The notes under the pieces: model-generated
The model's database searches: none
Told to the model about the DNA's origin: nothing
The model's input: only the letters and a program-made list of their open reading frames with translations
IMG/VR virus record: IMGVR_UViG_3300037308_000440
Location: 22,415-86,414 of that record
Direction: 5' to 3' (one strand)
Source of the DNA: a virus
Taxonomy: Duplodnaviria > Caudoviricetes
DNA length: 64,000 nt
Program-made: the position numbers and the translations under genes
Part shown: piece by piece, positions 55,277 through 63,592 of the stretch
How the letters are laid out: the number at the start of each line of letters is the position of its first letter
Numbering within the stretch: position 1 is the stretch's first letter

Positions 55277-55678
55277 ATGACTACTACTTCAAAGTTCATT
55301 GTTGTTGAGCATAATGCTGTCAGAGCTAGATTACATTGGGATCTTAGATTTAGAATGCCTAATTCAGAAAACTGGGCATCATTTGCTATTAGAAAAGGGA
55401 TTCCAACTGAAACAGGGACAAAAGTTCTAGCTGTTAGAACACATGATCATTCAGAGGAAGAAGCATTATTTCTTGGTACTATTGAATCTGGGTATGGAGC
55501 TGGAAAGTTGACAAAATGGGATGGTGGTTCATGTATTATTCATAAATATACTCCTAGTCATATGTCAGTCGAATTTAAAGGTGGTAAACTCAAAGGAGTC
55601 TATCATTTGATTTCAACTGGTTTTATTGATAAGAATTATAAGCAACAAACTTATATGTTGTTCAAAGGAAAGGAATAA
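55277..55678 (+). CDS. LigD 3'-phosphoesterase (PE) domain, stand-alone
   Basis: VEHNAVRARLHWDLRF, SFAIRKG, LAVRTHDH, GTI..GYGAG..WDGG. Confidence 0.9.
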   Translation: MTTTSKFIVVEHNAVRARLHWDLRFRMPNSENWASFAIRKGIPTETGTKVLAVRTHDHSEEEALFLGTIESGYGAGKLTKWDGGSCIIHKYTPSHMSVEFKGGKLKGVYHLISTGFIDKNYKQQTYMLFKGKE

Positions 55679-55689
55679 ATGGAGGTCTG

Positions 55690-56193
55690 ATGGATCGGTG
55701 CATTGTCTTGAATGGAGACTATACTTTCTTGAATACTGTTTCATGGCGTAGAGCAGTAACATTAGTTATGGCAGGAAAAACAGAAGTAATTAAATATGCA
55801 GATAAAGTTATTAGATTAGCTAACGGAACTACCTTAAAGATTCCTGTGTTAATCAAACTTATGAAAATAATCAGAACAATATATAGAAATAAAGTCCCAT
55901 TTAGCAAACGTAATGTTATGGTAAGAGATAACTACAAATGTTGTTACTGTGGATGTTGCGACGAATTAACTATTGACCACGTTATCCCTTCTTCACGTGG
56001 AGGTAAAACAGAGTTTGATAACTGTATTACTTGCTGCATGAAATGTAATGCTAAAAAAGGGGATCGTACTCCTACAGAAGCTCGTATGTATTTGCAAAAA
56101 AGACCATATGCACCAACTATATCAGAGTTTTTCAGAATTAAAATGAGACAGCTAGGATTAGAACAGTTTATTAATGATATTATGGAGGTATGA
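55690..56193 (+). CDS. HNH endonuclease (McrA-like)
   Basis: RDNYKCCYCG..TIDHVIPSSRGG..NCITCCMKCNAKKG. Confidence 0.93.
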   Translation: MDRCIVLNGDYTFLNTVSWRRAVTLVMAGKTEVIKYADKVIRLANGTTLKIPVLIKLMKIIRTIYRNKVPFSKRNVMVRDNYKCCYCGCCDELTIDHVIPSSRGGKTEFDNCITCCMKCNAKKGDRTPTEARMYLQKRPYAPTISEFFRIKMRQLGLEQFINDIMEV

Positions 56194-56194
56194 T

Positions 56195-56521
56195 ATGTTA
56201 AGATTATGGTTATTAGAAGTTGAACAAGCTGATTCTTCATGGGTTAATAAATATAGAGATATATATAGTAGTGAAGAAATAATGTATAGAAGGACAAAAT
56301 GTCATGAGTTCAGATCAGTATGGACTCAAAAAGGAAGAAATGAATTTCAAATTTGCTCAATGAGAGCAAAACAACATGCACTTAAAAAAGTAATAGCATA
56401 TTTAAAATCAGTTAAGTCAAGAAATCCAGAACAAAAAAGATATATTGATAGAACTATAAAATCATATTCAAATACGATAAATCAAATGGAACAAGCAATA
56501 AAAAGTCATGAGGGAAAGTAA
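56195..56521 (+). CDS. putative capsid-internal protein
   Basis: MLRLWLLEVEQ tag; GGAGG RBS. Confidence 0.6.
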   Translation: MLRLWLLEVEQADSSWVNKYRDIYSSEEIMYRRTKCHEFRSVWTQKGRNEFQICSMRAKQHALKKVIAYLKSVKSRNPEQKRYIDRTIKSYSNTINQMEQAIKSHEGK

Positions 56522-56522
56522 T

Positions 56523-56924
56523 ATGGATAAAGAATATTTACATATTTTAAAGAACACAAATTTACAACCAAAAAAACCTAAGATAAAAGAGCAGAAAGAA
56601 GAAGTACTACTGGAAGCTGAAAAAAAGATTGAAGTCTTAAAAGAACTATTTATTCAAGCTGGTGAAATTGAAAAGATGGAATCCGGACCTGAAAGAGATA
56701 AAGCGATGCTTAGATTGAGTATGACAGCCGAACTCGATGCAGTTAATTTATATATGAGATTTGCTGATTTGGCATCAGATGAATCAATTAGAGAAATAAT
56801 GATTGATGTTGCAGATGAAGAAAAGGTTCACGTTGGAGAGTTTCAAGCTCTATTAGAAGATGCAGATGAAAACTATGAAGATAAAATTGGAGAAGGTGAA
56901 GACGAAGTAGAAGAGAAAATCTAA
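56523..56924 (+). CDS. ferritin-like/rubrerythrin di-iron protein
   Basis: AELDAVNLY..DESIREIMIDVADEEKVHVGEF (E..Y..EExH). Confidence 0.88.
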   Translation: MDKEYLHILKNTNLQPKKPKIKEQKEEVLLEAEKKIEVLKELFIQAGEIEKMESGPERDKAMLRLSMTAELDAVNLYMRFADLASDESIREIMIDVADEEKVHVGEFQALLEDADENYEDKIGEGEDEVEEKI

Positions 56925-56933
56925 GGAGAAAAA

Positions 56934-57074
56934 ATGAAAGGTAAACATGTTTTAATTAGTGCTGGAGTTTTATTATTTACACTTTTATTAAAAGATTATA
57001 TTAGTGAAAAAATTAATAAAAAGAAAAAACCAACAGTTATAGTTTATAAAACATGGAGACAGAAACATGAATAA
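56934..57074 (+). CDS. 46-aa membrane peptide (not in track)
   Basis: AAGGAG RBS; HVLISAGVLLFTLLL. Confidence 0.6.
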   Translation: MKGKHVLISAGVLLFTLLLKDYISEKINKKKKPTVIVYKTWRQKHE

Positions 57075-57627
57075 ATATTTAATTTTAGAAAGATATATGT
57101 TTGAAAAAGAAAACTTACTTGATCAATTAATTCCAAGGAAAGATTGGAATAAATCGTCAGTTGGAATGAGCACGGATCAACTTTATAACGCAATAAAATC
57201 TGGAGAAATTAAACCAAAAAAGGCTAAAGCCAAAGATGTTGAAACTCCTGAAATAGATCCAAGTAAAGGAAGTTCACCAAACCTTCCTGCAGTGTTTAAA
57301 CCAAAATTTACTTATTCTGATGATTCTAAACAATGGTATAAAACTAAAACTGCAAAAGTAATTGGTGCTGCAGTATTAAGTGCAGCTATAATTGCTATAG
57401 CTTATAAAATATATAAAAAATATTCATCTATACGAGATTGTTCTAAAAAGATTGGTAATGATAAAGAAAGATGTTTAGATCATAATAGAAAAGTGGCAAT
57501 ACAAGCACAGATTAAAACTTTGAATAGTCTAAAACATAAATGTAATTTAGCAAAAGATACAACTAAGTGCTTAAAAAATGTTGAAAATAAAATAAAAGAT
57601 TTAAAAATTAAACTAAATAATGTATAA
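57067..57627 (+). CDS. putative virion protein, TM + 4-Cys family
   Basis: VIGAAVLSAAIIAIAYKIYKKY..C-x10-C-x22-C-x8-C. Confidence 0.65.
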   Translation: MNKYLILERYMFEKENLLDQLIPRKDWNKSSVGMSTDQLYNAIKSGEIKPKKAKAKDVETPEIDPSKGSSPNLPAVFKPKFTYSDDSKQWYKTKTAKVIGAAVLSAAIIAIAYKIYKKYSSIRDCSKKIGNDKERCLDHNRKVAIQAQIKTLNSLKHKCNLAKDTTKCLKNVENKIKDLKIKLNNV

Positions 57628-57644
57628 GTTGATTTCGTTTTTAA

Positions 57645-57658
57645 TTTAGAACAAATAA
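57645..57658 (+). promoter_or_regulatory. phage motif A
   Basis: TTTAGAACAAATAA upstream of the Qng1-RNR operon. Confidence 0.5.
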
Positions 57659-57689
57659 TCACAAAAAATGATTTTGGTGAGGCGAATTT

Positions 57690-58556
57690 ATGAATTTTAA
57701 ACCAACAGAAACTGTTTTTGAATTAGCGAACAATTTTATTAACAATTCACATTATGTTAAAATGAACTATGATAAAATTACTTTACTTGCAGAAGAAATG
57801 AAAAAACAGAATTTTAAGATACCTTTAACTGCTCCAAGAGATTTAAATCTAGAAATAATTAGAGATATTTTAAAGAATTCTATTAATTATTGTTACTGGT
57901 ATGGAAGACATGATATTAGACCAAACGAATCATGTGCAAGCAAATTAGGCAATATTGTTGATGCATGTTTTGAAGATAAAAACTATGAGAACTCAATTGA
58001 GTTATCATCAATGTTTACAAAATTTTTATGTAAAATTACAGAGGAAAGATTTCCTCTTATAGAAGAAAGATCAAAACACTTAAAACAAATACTTCCATAT
58101 GTAAAATCTATTTCAGATAAGATTATAAAAAATGAAAGTTTAAAACAAAGTTTTTGGGAAGTCATATGTATTTCTGAAAGTTATGGTTCAGATTTATTTT
58201 TGAAACGTGCATGTCTTTTATTTATTGAACTTTATAGAAAATATGAATATTTTAGAGACCTGTACAAAGATGAGCTGAAAAACTTTCCTGTCCCTGCTGA
58301 TTATCAAGTCCCTAAAATTCTAGAACACTTCAGTTGTATAATATATTCTAAAGACCTCAAGAGATCAATCGAAGATCATCAACTTATTTCTAAACACTCA
58401 ATTCAAGAATGTGAAATTAGATCCGCAACTGTTTTGGCGTGTAAGAAATTATGTGATCTTACTGGTTGGACTATAGCTGAGGTAGATTGGTGGTTATGGT
58501 CACAAAGAGATTCTGTAACCACTCCATTCCATTTAACAATCACTACTGATTACTAA
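57690..58556 (+). CDS. qng1: queuosine-5'-phosphate N-glycosylase (Qng1/C9orf64/DUF2419 family)
   Basis: SINYCYW, FPLIEER, FLKRA, PADYQVPKILEH..IYS.DL, ECEIR, VDWWLW, terminal PFH....Y, colinear with recalled Qng1 motifs. Confidence 0.87.
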   Translation: MNFKPTETVFELANNFINNSHYVKMNYDKITLLAEEMKKQNFKIPLTAPRDLNLEIIRDILKNSINYCYWYGRHDIRPNESCASKLGNIVDACFEDKNYENSIELSSMFTKFLCKITEERFPLIEERSKHLKQILPYVKSISDKIIKNESLKQSFWEVICISESYGSDLFLKRACLLFIELYRKYEYFRDLYKDELKNFPVPADYQVPKILEHFSCIIYSKDLKRSIEDHQLISKHSIQECEIRSATVLACKKLCDLTGWTIAEVDWWLWSQRDSVTTPFHLTITTDY

Positions 58557-58570
58557 GGAGATAATAATAT

Positions 58571-60298
58571 ATGAAAAAACAATTATCAGATAATGCGTTA
58601 AAAATAGCAAAATCAAGGTATTTTATGGAGGGAGAAGATTGGGAAGCCTGCTGTAAGAGAGTAGCATCAGTTATAGCATCACCTGAGATAAATAATAAGC
58701 AATTAAAAGAAGATCAATTTATTGAAATGATTTACAACATGGACTTTATTCCGGGGGGTAGAATATTAAGAAATTCTGGCCGACCTAGAGGTTCATTATT
58801 TAATTGTTATCATTTGCCCATTGGAGATTCAATTGAAGAAATTGGTCAGTTTATGAAAGACTCTTTGATTCTATGGTCAGAAGGAGGTGGGGTTGGTTGT
58901 AATTTTAGTCCTCTAAGACCAGCAGGAGATGCCATCTTAGGAAAAGGTGGTCAATCATCTGGATTAGTTAGTTTTATGGAAGCGTCTGATGCAGTAGCTA
59001 AAACCATTGAAAGTGGTGGAGGCAGAAGAGCAGCTACAATCGGGCATGTTGATATTAGTCATCCAGAAATTGTAAATTTTATTGATGCAAAGTTGTTACA
59101 TGGAAGACTTCCAAGGTTTAACATCTCAGTTGCTGTAAATCATGACTTTTTAGAATGTGTTGAAGCTGACAGAGATTGGCAATTTAAATTCAAGCAAAAA
59201 AATTATGGTTCAGTTAAAGCAAGAGATTTATGGAGTAAGATTGTTTCAAATATGGTTAGATGTGCTGAACCTGGTTTGATTAATTGGTCAAATTTTGCAA
59301 AGAATAATTCATATTATTTTTCTCCTGTTCTAGGAACAAATCCTTGTGGTGAAACTACATTATCTGCATATGAAGCTTGTGATTTAGGATCAATTGTTCT
59401 TCCTAATTTTATTACTGGTAATGTAAACACAAATTGGAAAAAGCTCGAAACTGTAATTAAAACTGCAGTTAGATTTTTAGATAATATTATTGATGTAAAT
59501 AAATATGCATTAAAAGAAATTGATATTAATGTTCATAAATCTAGACGTATTGGACTTGGTGTAATTGGACTAGCAGAATATTTATTTGCCAAAAAGATTA
59601 GATATGGTTCAGCTAAAGCTGTTGCAGAAGTTGAAACATTGATGAAAAAGATTAGAGATGCTTGTTATGTTGCATCTATGGAATTAGCAGTAGAGAAAGG
59701 AGCATTCCCACAATTTGAACCAGTGCAATATGGGAAAGCATCATTTATTAGAAAACTCCCTGCTGAAATTAGAATGGATATTAAAAAGTATGGAGTTAGA
59801 AATTGTACATTAATGGCATTAGCTCCTACTGGAACTATTTCATTATTAGCAGATTATTCAAGTGCAATTGAACCTCTGTTCGCAAAAGCATTATTAAGAA
59901 AAGATAGAGTAAGTGAAAGAATGTATATTCACCCTAAATATAAAGAGATTCTTGCAAGCGGAGAAGAAACTCCAGATTGGTTTGTTGATTCATTCGATCT
60001 AGAATCAAAAGATCATTTTGAAATGCAAGTTGCATGTCAGAAATATTGCGATGCTTCAGTAAGTAAAACAATTAATTTGCCTGCTGAAACTACAGAACAA
60101 GATTTAAGTAGTTTGCTTTTAGAATATATTTATGATCTAAAAGGAGTTACAGTTTATCGTGATGGATGTAGAGAAGGGCAAATTCTAAATAAAGTATCAG
60201 AAGAAGATGTTAAAGAATATTTGAAAACTCAAAAAGTAGCTGAACAATCTTTAAGAGAAGGAGATATGAACTGTTCAAGCGGTTCATGTGAACTATAA
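58571..60298 (+). CDS. nrdJ: class II (B12-dependent) ribonucleotide reductase
   Basis: PGGRIL, FNCY, GGGVG, RRAA, NPCGE, ACDLGS, RRIGLG, APTGTIS, C-terminal CSSGSC; no ATP cone. Confidence 0.9.
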   Translation: MKKQLSDNALKIAKSRYFMEGEDWEACCKRVASVIASPEINNKQLKEDQFIEMIYNMDFIPGGRILRNSGRPRGSLFNCYHLPIGDSIEEIGQFMKDSLILWSEGGGVGCNFSPLRPAGDAILGKGGQSSGLVSFMEASDAVAKTIESGGGRRAATIGHVDISHPEIVNFIDAKLLHGRLPRFNISVAVNHDFLECVEADRDWQFKFKQKNYGSVKARDLWSKIVSNMVRCAEPGLINWSNFAKNNSYYFSPVLGTNPCGETTLSAYEACDLGSIVLPNFITGNVNTNWKKLETVIKTAVRFLDNIIDVNKYALKEIDINVHKSRRIGLGVIGLAEYLFAKKIRYGSAKAVAEVETLMKKIRDACYVASMELAVEKGAFPQFEPVQYGKASFIRKLPAEIRMDIKKYGVRNCTLMALAPTGTISLLADYSSAIEPLFAKALLRKDRVSERMYIHPKYKEILASGEETPDWFVDSFDLESKDHFEMQVACQKYCDASVSKTINLPAETTEQDLSSLLLEYIYDLKGVTVYRDGCREGQILNKVSEEDVKEYLKTQKVAEQSLREGDMNCSSGSCEL

Positions 60299-60381
60299 TG
60301 ACTGATAGACCAAAACCAGAAGATGATCCTGATGATGAAGATTATGATGGAAGTGATGAGGATTGGGAGGAGGATGAATGA
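60298..60381 (+). CDS. 27-aa acidic micropeptide (not in track)
   Basis: MTDRPKPEDDPDDEDYDGSDEDWEEDE; TAATG and ATGA overlaps with neighbours. Confidence 0.55.
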   Translation: MTDRPKPEDDPDDEDYDGSDEDWEEDE

Positions 60382-60590
60382 CTTTGTATCTTAAAAAAGG
60401 GGAAATATGCCCTCATAGAAAAGTATGTCAATATAATAAATATGCTATGGGGATGGATGTTTGTTGGGGAGCTAGACCAGAAAGAGATTGCGATTTTAAT
60501 TGTGATTTAGTTGATAATGGAAATATAGTAGAAGGAAAAAGTAGAAATCCATTAGATAAAACTGGTCAAATGAAAATCTTAATTGATTGA
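60378..60590 (+). CDS. Cys-rich hypothetical protein
   Basis: GGAGG RBS; CPH..C..CWG..C..C. Confidence 0.7.
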   Translation: MTLYLKKGEICPHRKVCQYNKYAMGMDVCWGARPERDCDFNCDLVDNGNIVEGKSRNPLDKTGQMKILID

Positions 60591-61063
60591 TTCAGAACAA
60601 ACAAATAAAAGAGGACGCTATGGCTGGAAAAAATGATAAAATAGTCGAATCTCTTTTGGAAGAATTTAAAAAACAAAGAGATGCTATTGTTTTAATGATA
60701 ACAGATTTAGAAGGATTTAAATCAAAAATTGATAAACTTCTACCTTCAAGTCTTGATGCTAGATATCTAAGATTCTTTGAAGAAAAAGTTAAATCAGCTA
60801 CAGAATTATTTAAAACTATTTTAGAGATGAGAAAAGAGATTCAAAAAAGTCTTAAAGATGAAATTGATTTAAGAAGAAAAATTGATATTGAAGATTCTCA
60901 TTCTGGGATTGAAGATACAATTGATGTTAGAAAGATTGCTGAACGCGTAGAAGAATATAAACGAAAAACAGAGTCTATGAAACTGCAGATATTAGAAAAG
61001 GCAAAGAGAGAAACTGACGAAATGGCAAGTCAAATAACTGCCGAAATGAATAAGGGAGGATAA
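60587..61063 (+). CDS. hypothetical coiled-coil protein
   Basis: 158-aa ORF (likely start MAGKND). Confidence 0.75.
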   Translation: MIQNKQIKEDAMAGKNDKIVESLLEEFKKQRDAIVLMITDLEGFKSKIDKLLPSSLDARYLRFFEEKVKSATELFKTILEMRKEIQKSLKDEIDLRRKIDIEDSHSGIEDTIDVRKIAERVEEYKRKTESMKLQILEKAKRETDEMASQITAEMNKGG

Positions 61064-62269
61064 ATGGAAGATATTATTAAAGAAGAAGTCGAAAAGCAAG
61101 CAGAAGAAATAAAAGAAATTTTTGATAGTGTTAAAGTAGAATTAAAACCAGAAGTAAAAGAAAAATTAAAGAAAAATAAAGTAACAACAGTAGTTAAAGA
61201 AAAAACAGAATATAGTGAAAATGATGCAGTAGAATTATATAAAGAATTCAGTTCATTTTTAGAAACAAGTATTGATATACTTCCAGATACAGGTGTAAAA
61301 GATACAATATCAACTGGTATTGATTTGTTAGATGGAATCTTGGGTGGTGGTTTTGTTATTGGAGCATTGAACATTATCGTTGGTCAAGCCGGGTGTGGAA
61401 AAAGTATGTTAGCAATGCAAGTATTAGGTCAGGCTCAATATCAATTCAAAGGAAATTTAATTGGTGCATTTCTAGATTCAGAAGAATCAACTACTACTAC
61501 AAGATTATCCAATCTAGGAGTAAGATATCCAAAGCTAAAACCTTATAACGATGTAACTATTGAAAAAGTATTTAAATTTTTAGAAGGATTGTGCGTATTC
61601 AAACAAGAAAAGAACTTGGTTGAAACTCCTTCTGTTGTTATTTGGGATAGTATTGCAAACACTCTTTCAAATAAAGAAAGAGAAGCAGAAGATATTAACT
61701 CTGTTATTGGATATAAAGCAAAGCTATTATCATTATTAATTCCAAAGTATGTTTCAAAATGTTCAAAAAATAATATTTGTTTTATAGCAGTAAATCAACT
61801 TAGAGATTCATTGCAAATGGGTCCATATCAGGCACCAAGAGATTTAAAGTTTATGTCTTCATCAAAAGAGATGCCTGGCGGAACTGTACTAAAATACAAT
61901 GCGTTTCAATTAATAGAAATGAAAATTGGTAAAGTTCTAGAAAATGATAAATATGGGTTTGATGGAATAATGGTTAAAGTAAAATGTGTAAAAAATAAAT
62001 TATTTCCTCCAAACATTGAAATTGAAATTGCAGGTTCGTTCACCACTGGATTTTCAAATTTTTGGACAAATTATGAATTTCTTAAAAACAATAAAAGACT
62101 AGTTTCAGGAGCATGGAATTATCTAGTTTCAAAACCTGATACGAAATTTAGAACTAAAGATGCTTTAGAATTGTATAATACTAATAAAGAGTTTCAAAAT
62201 TTATTTGATAAAGAATCTAAAGAATGTATTAAAAGTGAAATAATTGATAAAAATATTCAAGGGTTATAA
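61064..62269 (+). CDS. uvsX: RecA/UvsX-like recombinase
   Basis: STGIDLLDGILGGG, GQAGCGKS, FLDSE, IWDSIA, VNQLR, PGG, KNK..PP. Confidence 0.9.
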   Translation: MEDIIKEEVEKQAEEIKEIFDSVKVELKPEVKEKLKKNKVTTVVKEKTEYSENDAVELYKEFSSFLETSIDILPDTGVKDTISTGIDLLDGILGGGFVIGALNIIVGQAGCGKSMLAMQVLGQAQYQFKGNLIGAFLDSEESTTTTRLSNLGVRYPKLKPYNDVTIEKVFKFLEGLCVFKQEKNLVETPSVVIWDSIANTLSNKEREAEDINSVIGYKAKLLSLLIPKYVSKCSKNNICFIAVNQLRDSLQMGPYQAPRDLKFMSSSKEMPGGTVLKYNAFQLIEMKIGKVLENDKYGFDGIMVKVKCVKNKLFPPNIEIEIAGSFTTGFSNFWTNYEFLKNNKRLVSGAWNYLVSKPDTKFRTKDALELYNTNKEFQNLFDKESKECIKSEIIDKNIQGL

Positions 62270-62271
62270 TT

Positions 62272-63192
62272 ATGAATATATGTGATTATGGTTGTGAACA
62301 GGAAGGAAAATTTTATTTTAAAACTGTTAAAAAATGGTGTTGTCACAAAGTTTATACTGCATGCCCATTTCAAAGAAAGTTACAAAGTATTAAATTTAAA
62401 CAGAAATTACTTGATCCAACTAATAAATATTCTACATTAGAACATAGACAAAAACTATCTGAATCTATGAAAAAAAGATGGCAAAAAGAAGGCGGGTGTT
62501 ACAGAAATAAAGACTTTTTAAGTAAATTAATATATACAGCAAAAAATCAGTGGAATGATATTGAAAAACGAAAAGTAATGTCCTTAAAAATTAAGGATCA
62601 TTGGAAAAAAGGGACATATGGACAAGAATGGAGTAAAAAACAAAGCAGTAAACAAAAAATGTCTATTGAAAAGATAAAGGAAAGGTATCCATTTTTTTGT
62701 AAAGTTGAAGATATATTAGAATCTAATGAAATTGGAAAATTTTTTGTTCATTGTAAAAATAGTAATTGTAAAAATAGCAAAGAAAAAGGAGGGTGGTTTC
62801 TTGCTTCATACTCTCAAATATATGAAAGAATAAGATCATTAGAAAACAATCTTGATTATAATTTTCTTTATTGTTGTGAAGAATGTAAAAAAACTTGTAT
62901 AATTTATAATAAGAAATTCACCTATTTTTTAGATGATAATAGTGAAAAAAACTATACATTAAAAGAATATCAAACTTTTAGAAATTTTGTTCTAGAACGA
63001 GATAACTATATTTGCCAATTCTGTGGTGAGAAAGCAGAACATGTTCATCACGAGCGTCCTCAAAAACTAGAACCATTTTTTAGTTTAGACCCAGATTACG
63101 CTTGGTCTTGTTGTAAGAAATGTCATTATGAGAAGGGGCACGATAAAGATTCTAATTGTTCTATTGGAAAAATATCATCTAAAATCTGCTAA
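62272..63192 (+). CDS. free-standing HNH homing endonuclease
   Basis: VLERDNYICQFCG..HVHH..CCKKCH C-terminal HNH; Cys-rich N-terminus. Confidence 0.8.
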   Translation: MNICDYGCEQEGKFYFKTVKKWCCHKVYTACPFQRKLQSIKFKQKLLDPTNKYSTLEHRQKLSESMKKRWQKEGGCYRNKDFLSKLIYTAKNQWNDIEKRKVMSLKIKDHWKKGTYGQEWSKKQSSKQKMSIEKIKERYPFFCKVEDILESNEIGKFFVHCKNSNCKNSKEKGGWFLASYSQIYERIRSLENNLDYNFLYCCEECKKTCIIYNKKFTYFLDDNSEKNYTLKEYQTFRNFVLERDNYICQFCGEKAEHVHHERPQKLEPFFSLDPDYAWSCCKKCHYEKGHDKDSNCSIGKISSKIC

Positions 63193-63218
63193 TTGGAGAC
63201 ATCTGATATTTTCATAAG

Positions 63219-63236
63219 TTTAGAACAAAATATAAA
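63219..63236 (+). promoter_or_regulatory. phage motif A
   Basis: TTTAGAACAAAATATAAA upstream of khpA-like gene. Confidence 0.55.
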
Positions 63237-63278
63237 GAGTTATTTCGGATCTTACTACTTTGAAGAGGAGAAATTATT

Positions 63279-63572
63279 ATGGGTGAGATGTCAGTCATGC
63301 TAAAAGATCGAGTAGAAAATATTGCCAGAGATTTAGTTGATAAACCAAATCAAGTTGAAGTGAATGCTACTGTTTCAACAAAGGCAGTAATTATCCAAGT
63401 TAGAGTTGATCAGTCTGATTGCGGAAAAATAATTGGTAAAAGAGGAAAAACAATTGAGGCAATCAAAACTATCTGTTTAGCAGCGAAAAACACAAAATTT
63501 CCTGATGATTCGAGAAGAGTCATTATAGAAGTATTAGAGGATGAAAATTCGTCTTTTAAATATAACAAATAA
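63279..63572 (+). CDS. khpA: KH-domain RNA-binding protein (KhpA/UPF0109)
   Basis: LVDKPNQVEV..VDQSDCGKIIGKRGKTIEAIKTI..RRVIIEV. Confidence 0.9.
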   Translation: MGEMSVMLKDRVENIARDLVDKPNQVEVNATVSTKAVIIQVRVDQSDCGKIIGKRGKTIEAIKTICLAAKNTKFPDDSRRVIIEVLEDENSSFKYNK

Positions 63573-63592
63573 ATATCGGAGGTATCATTACA

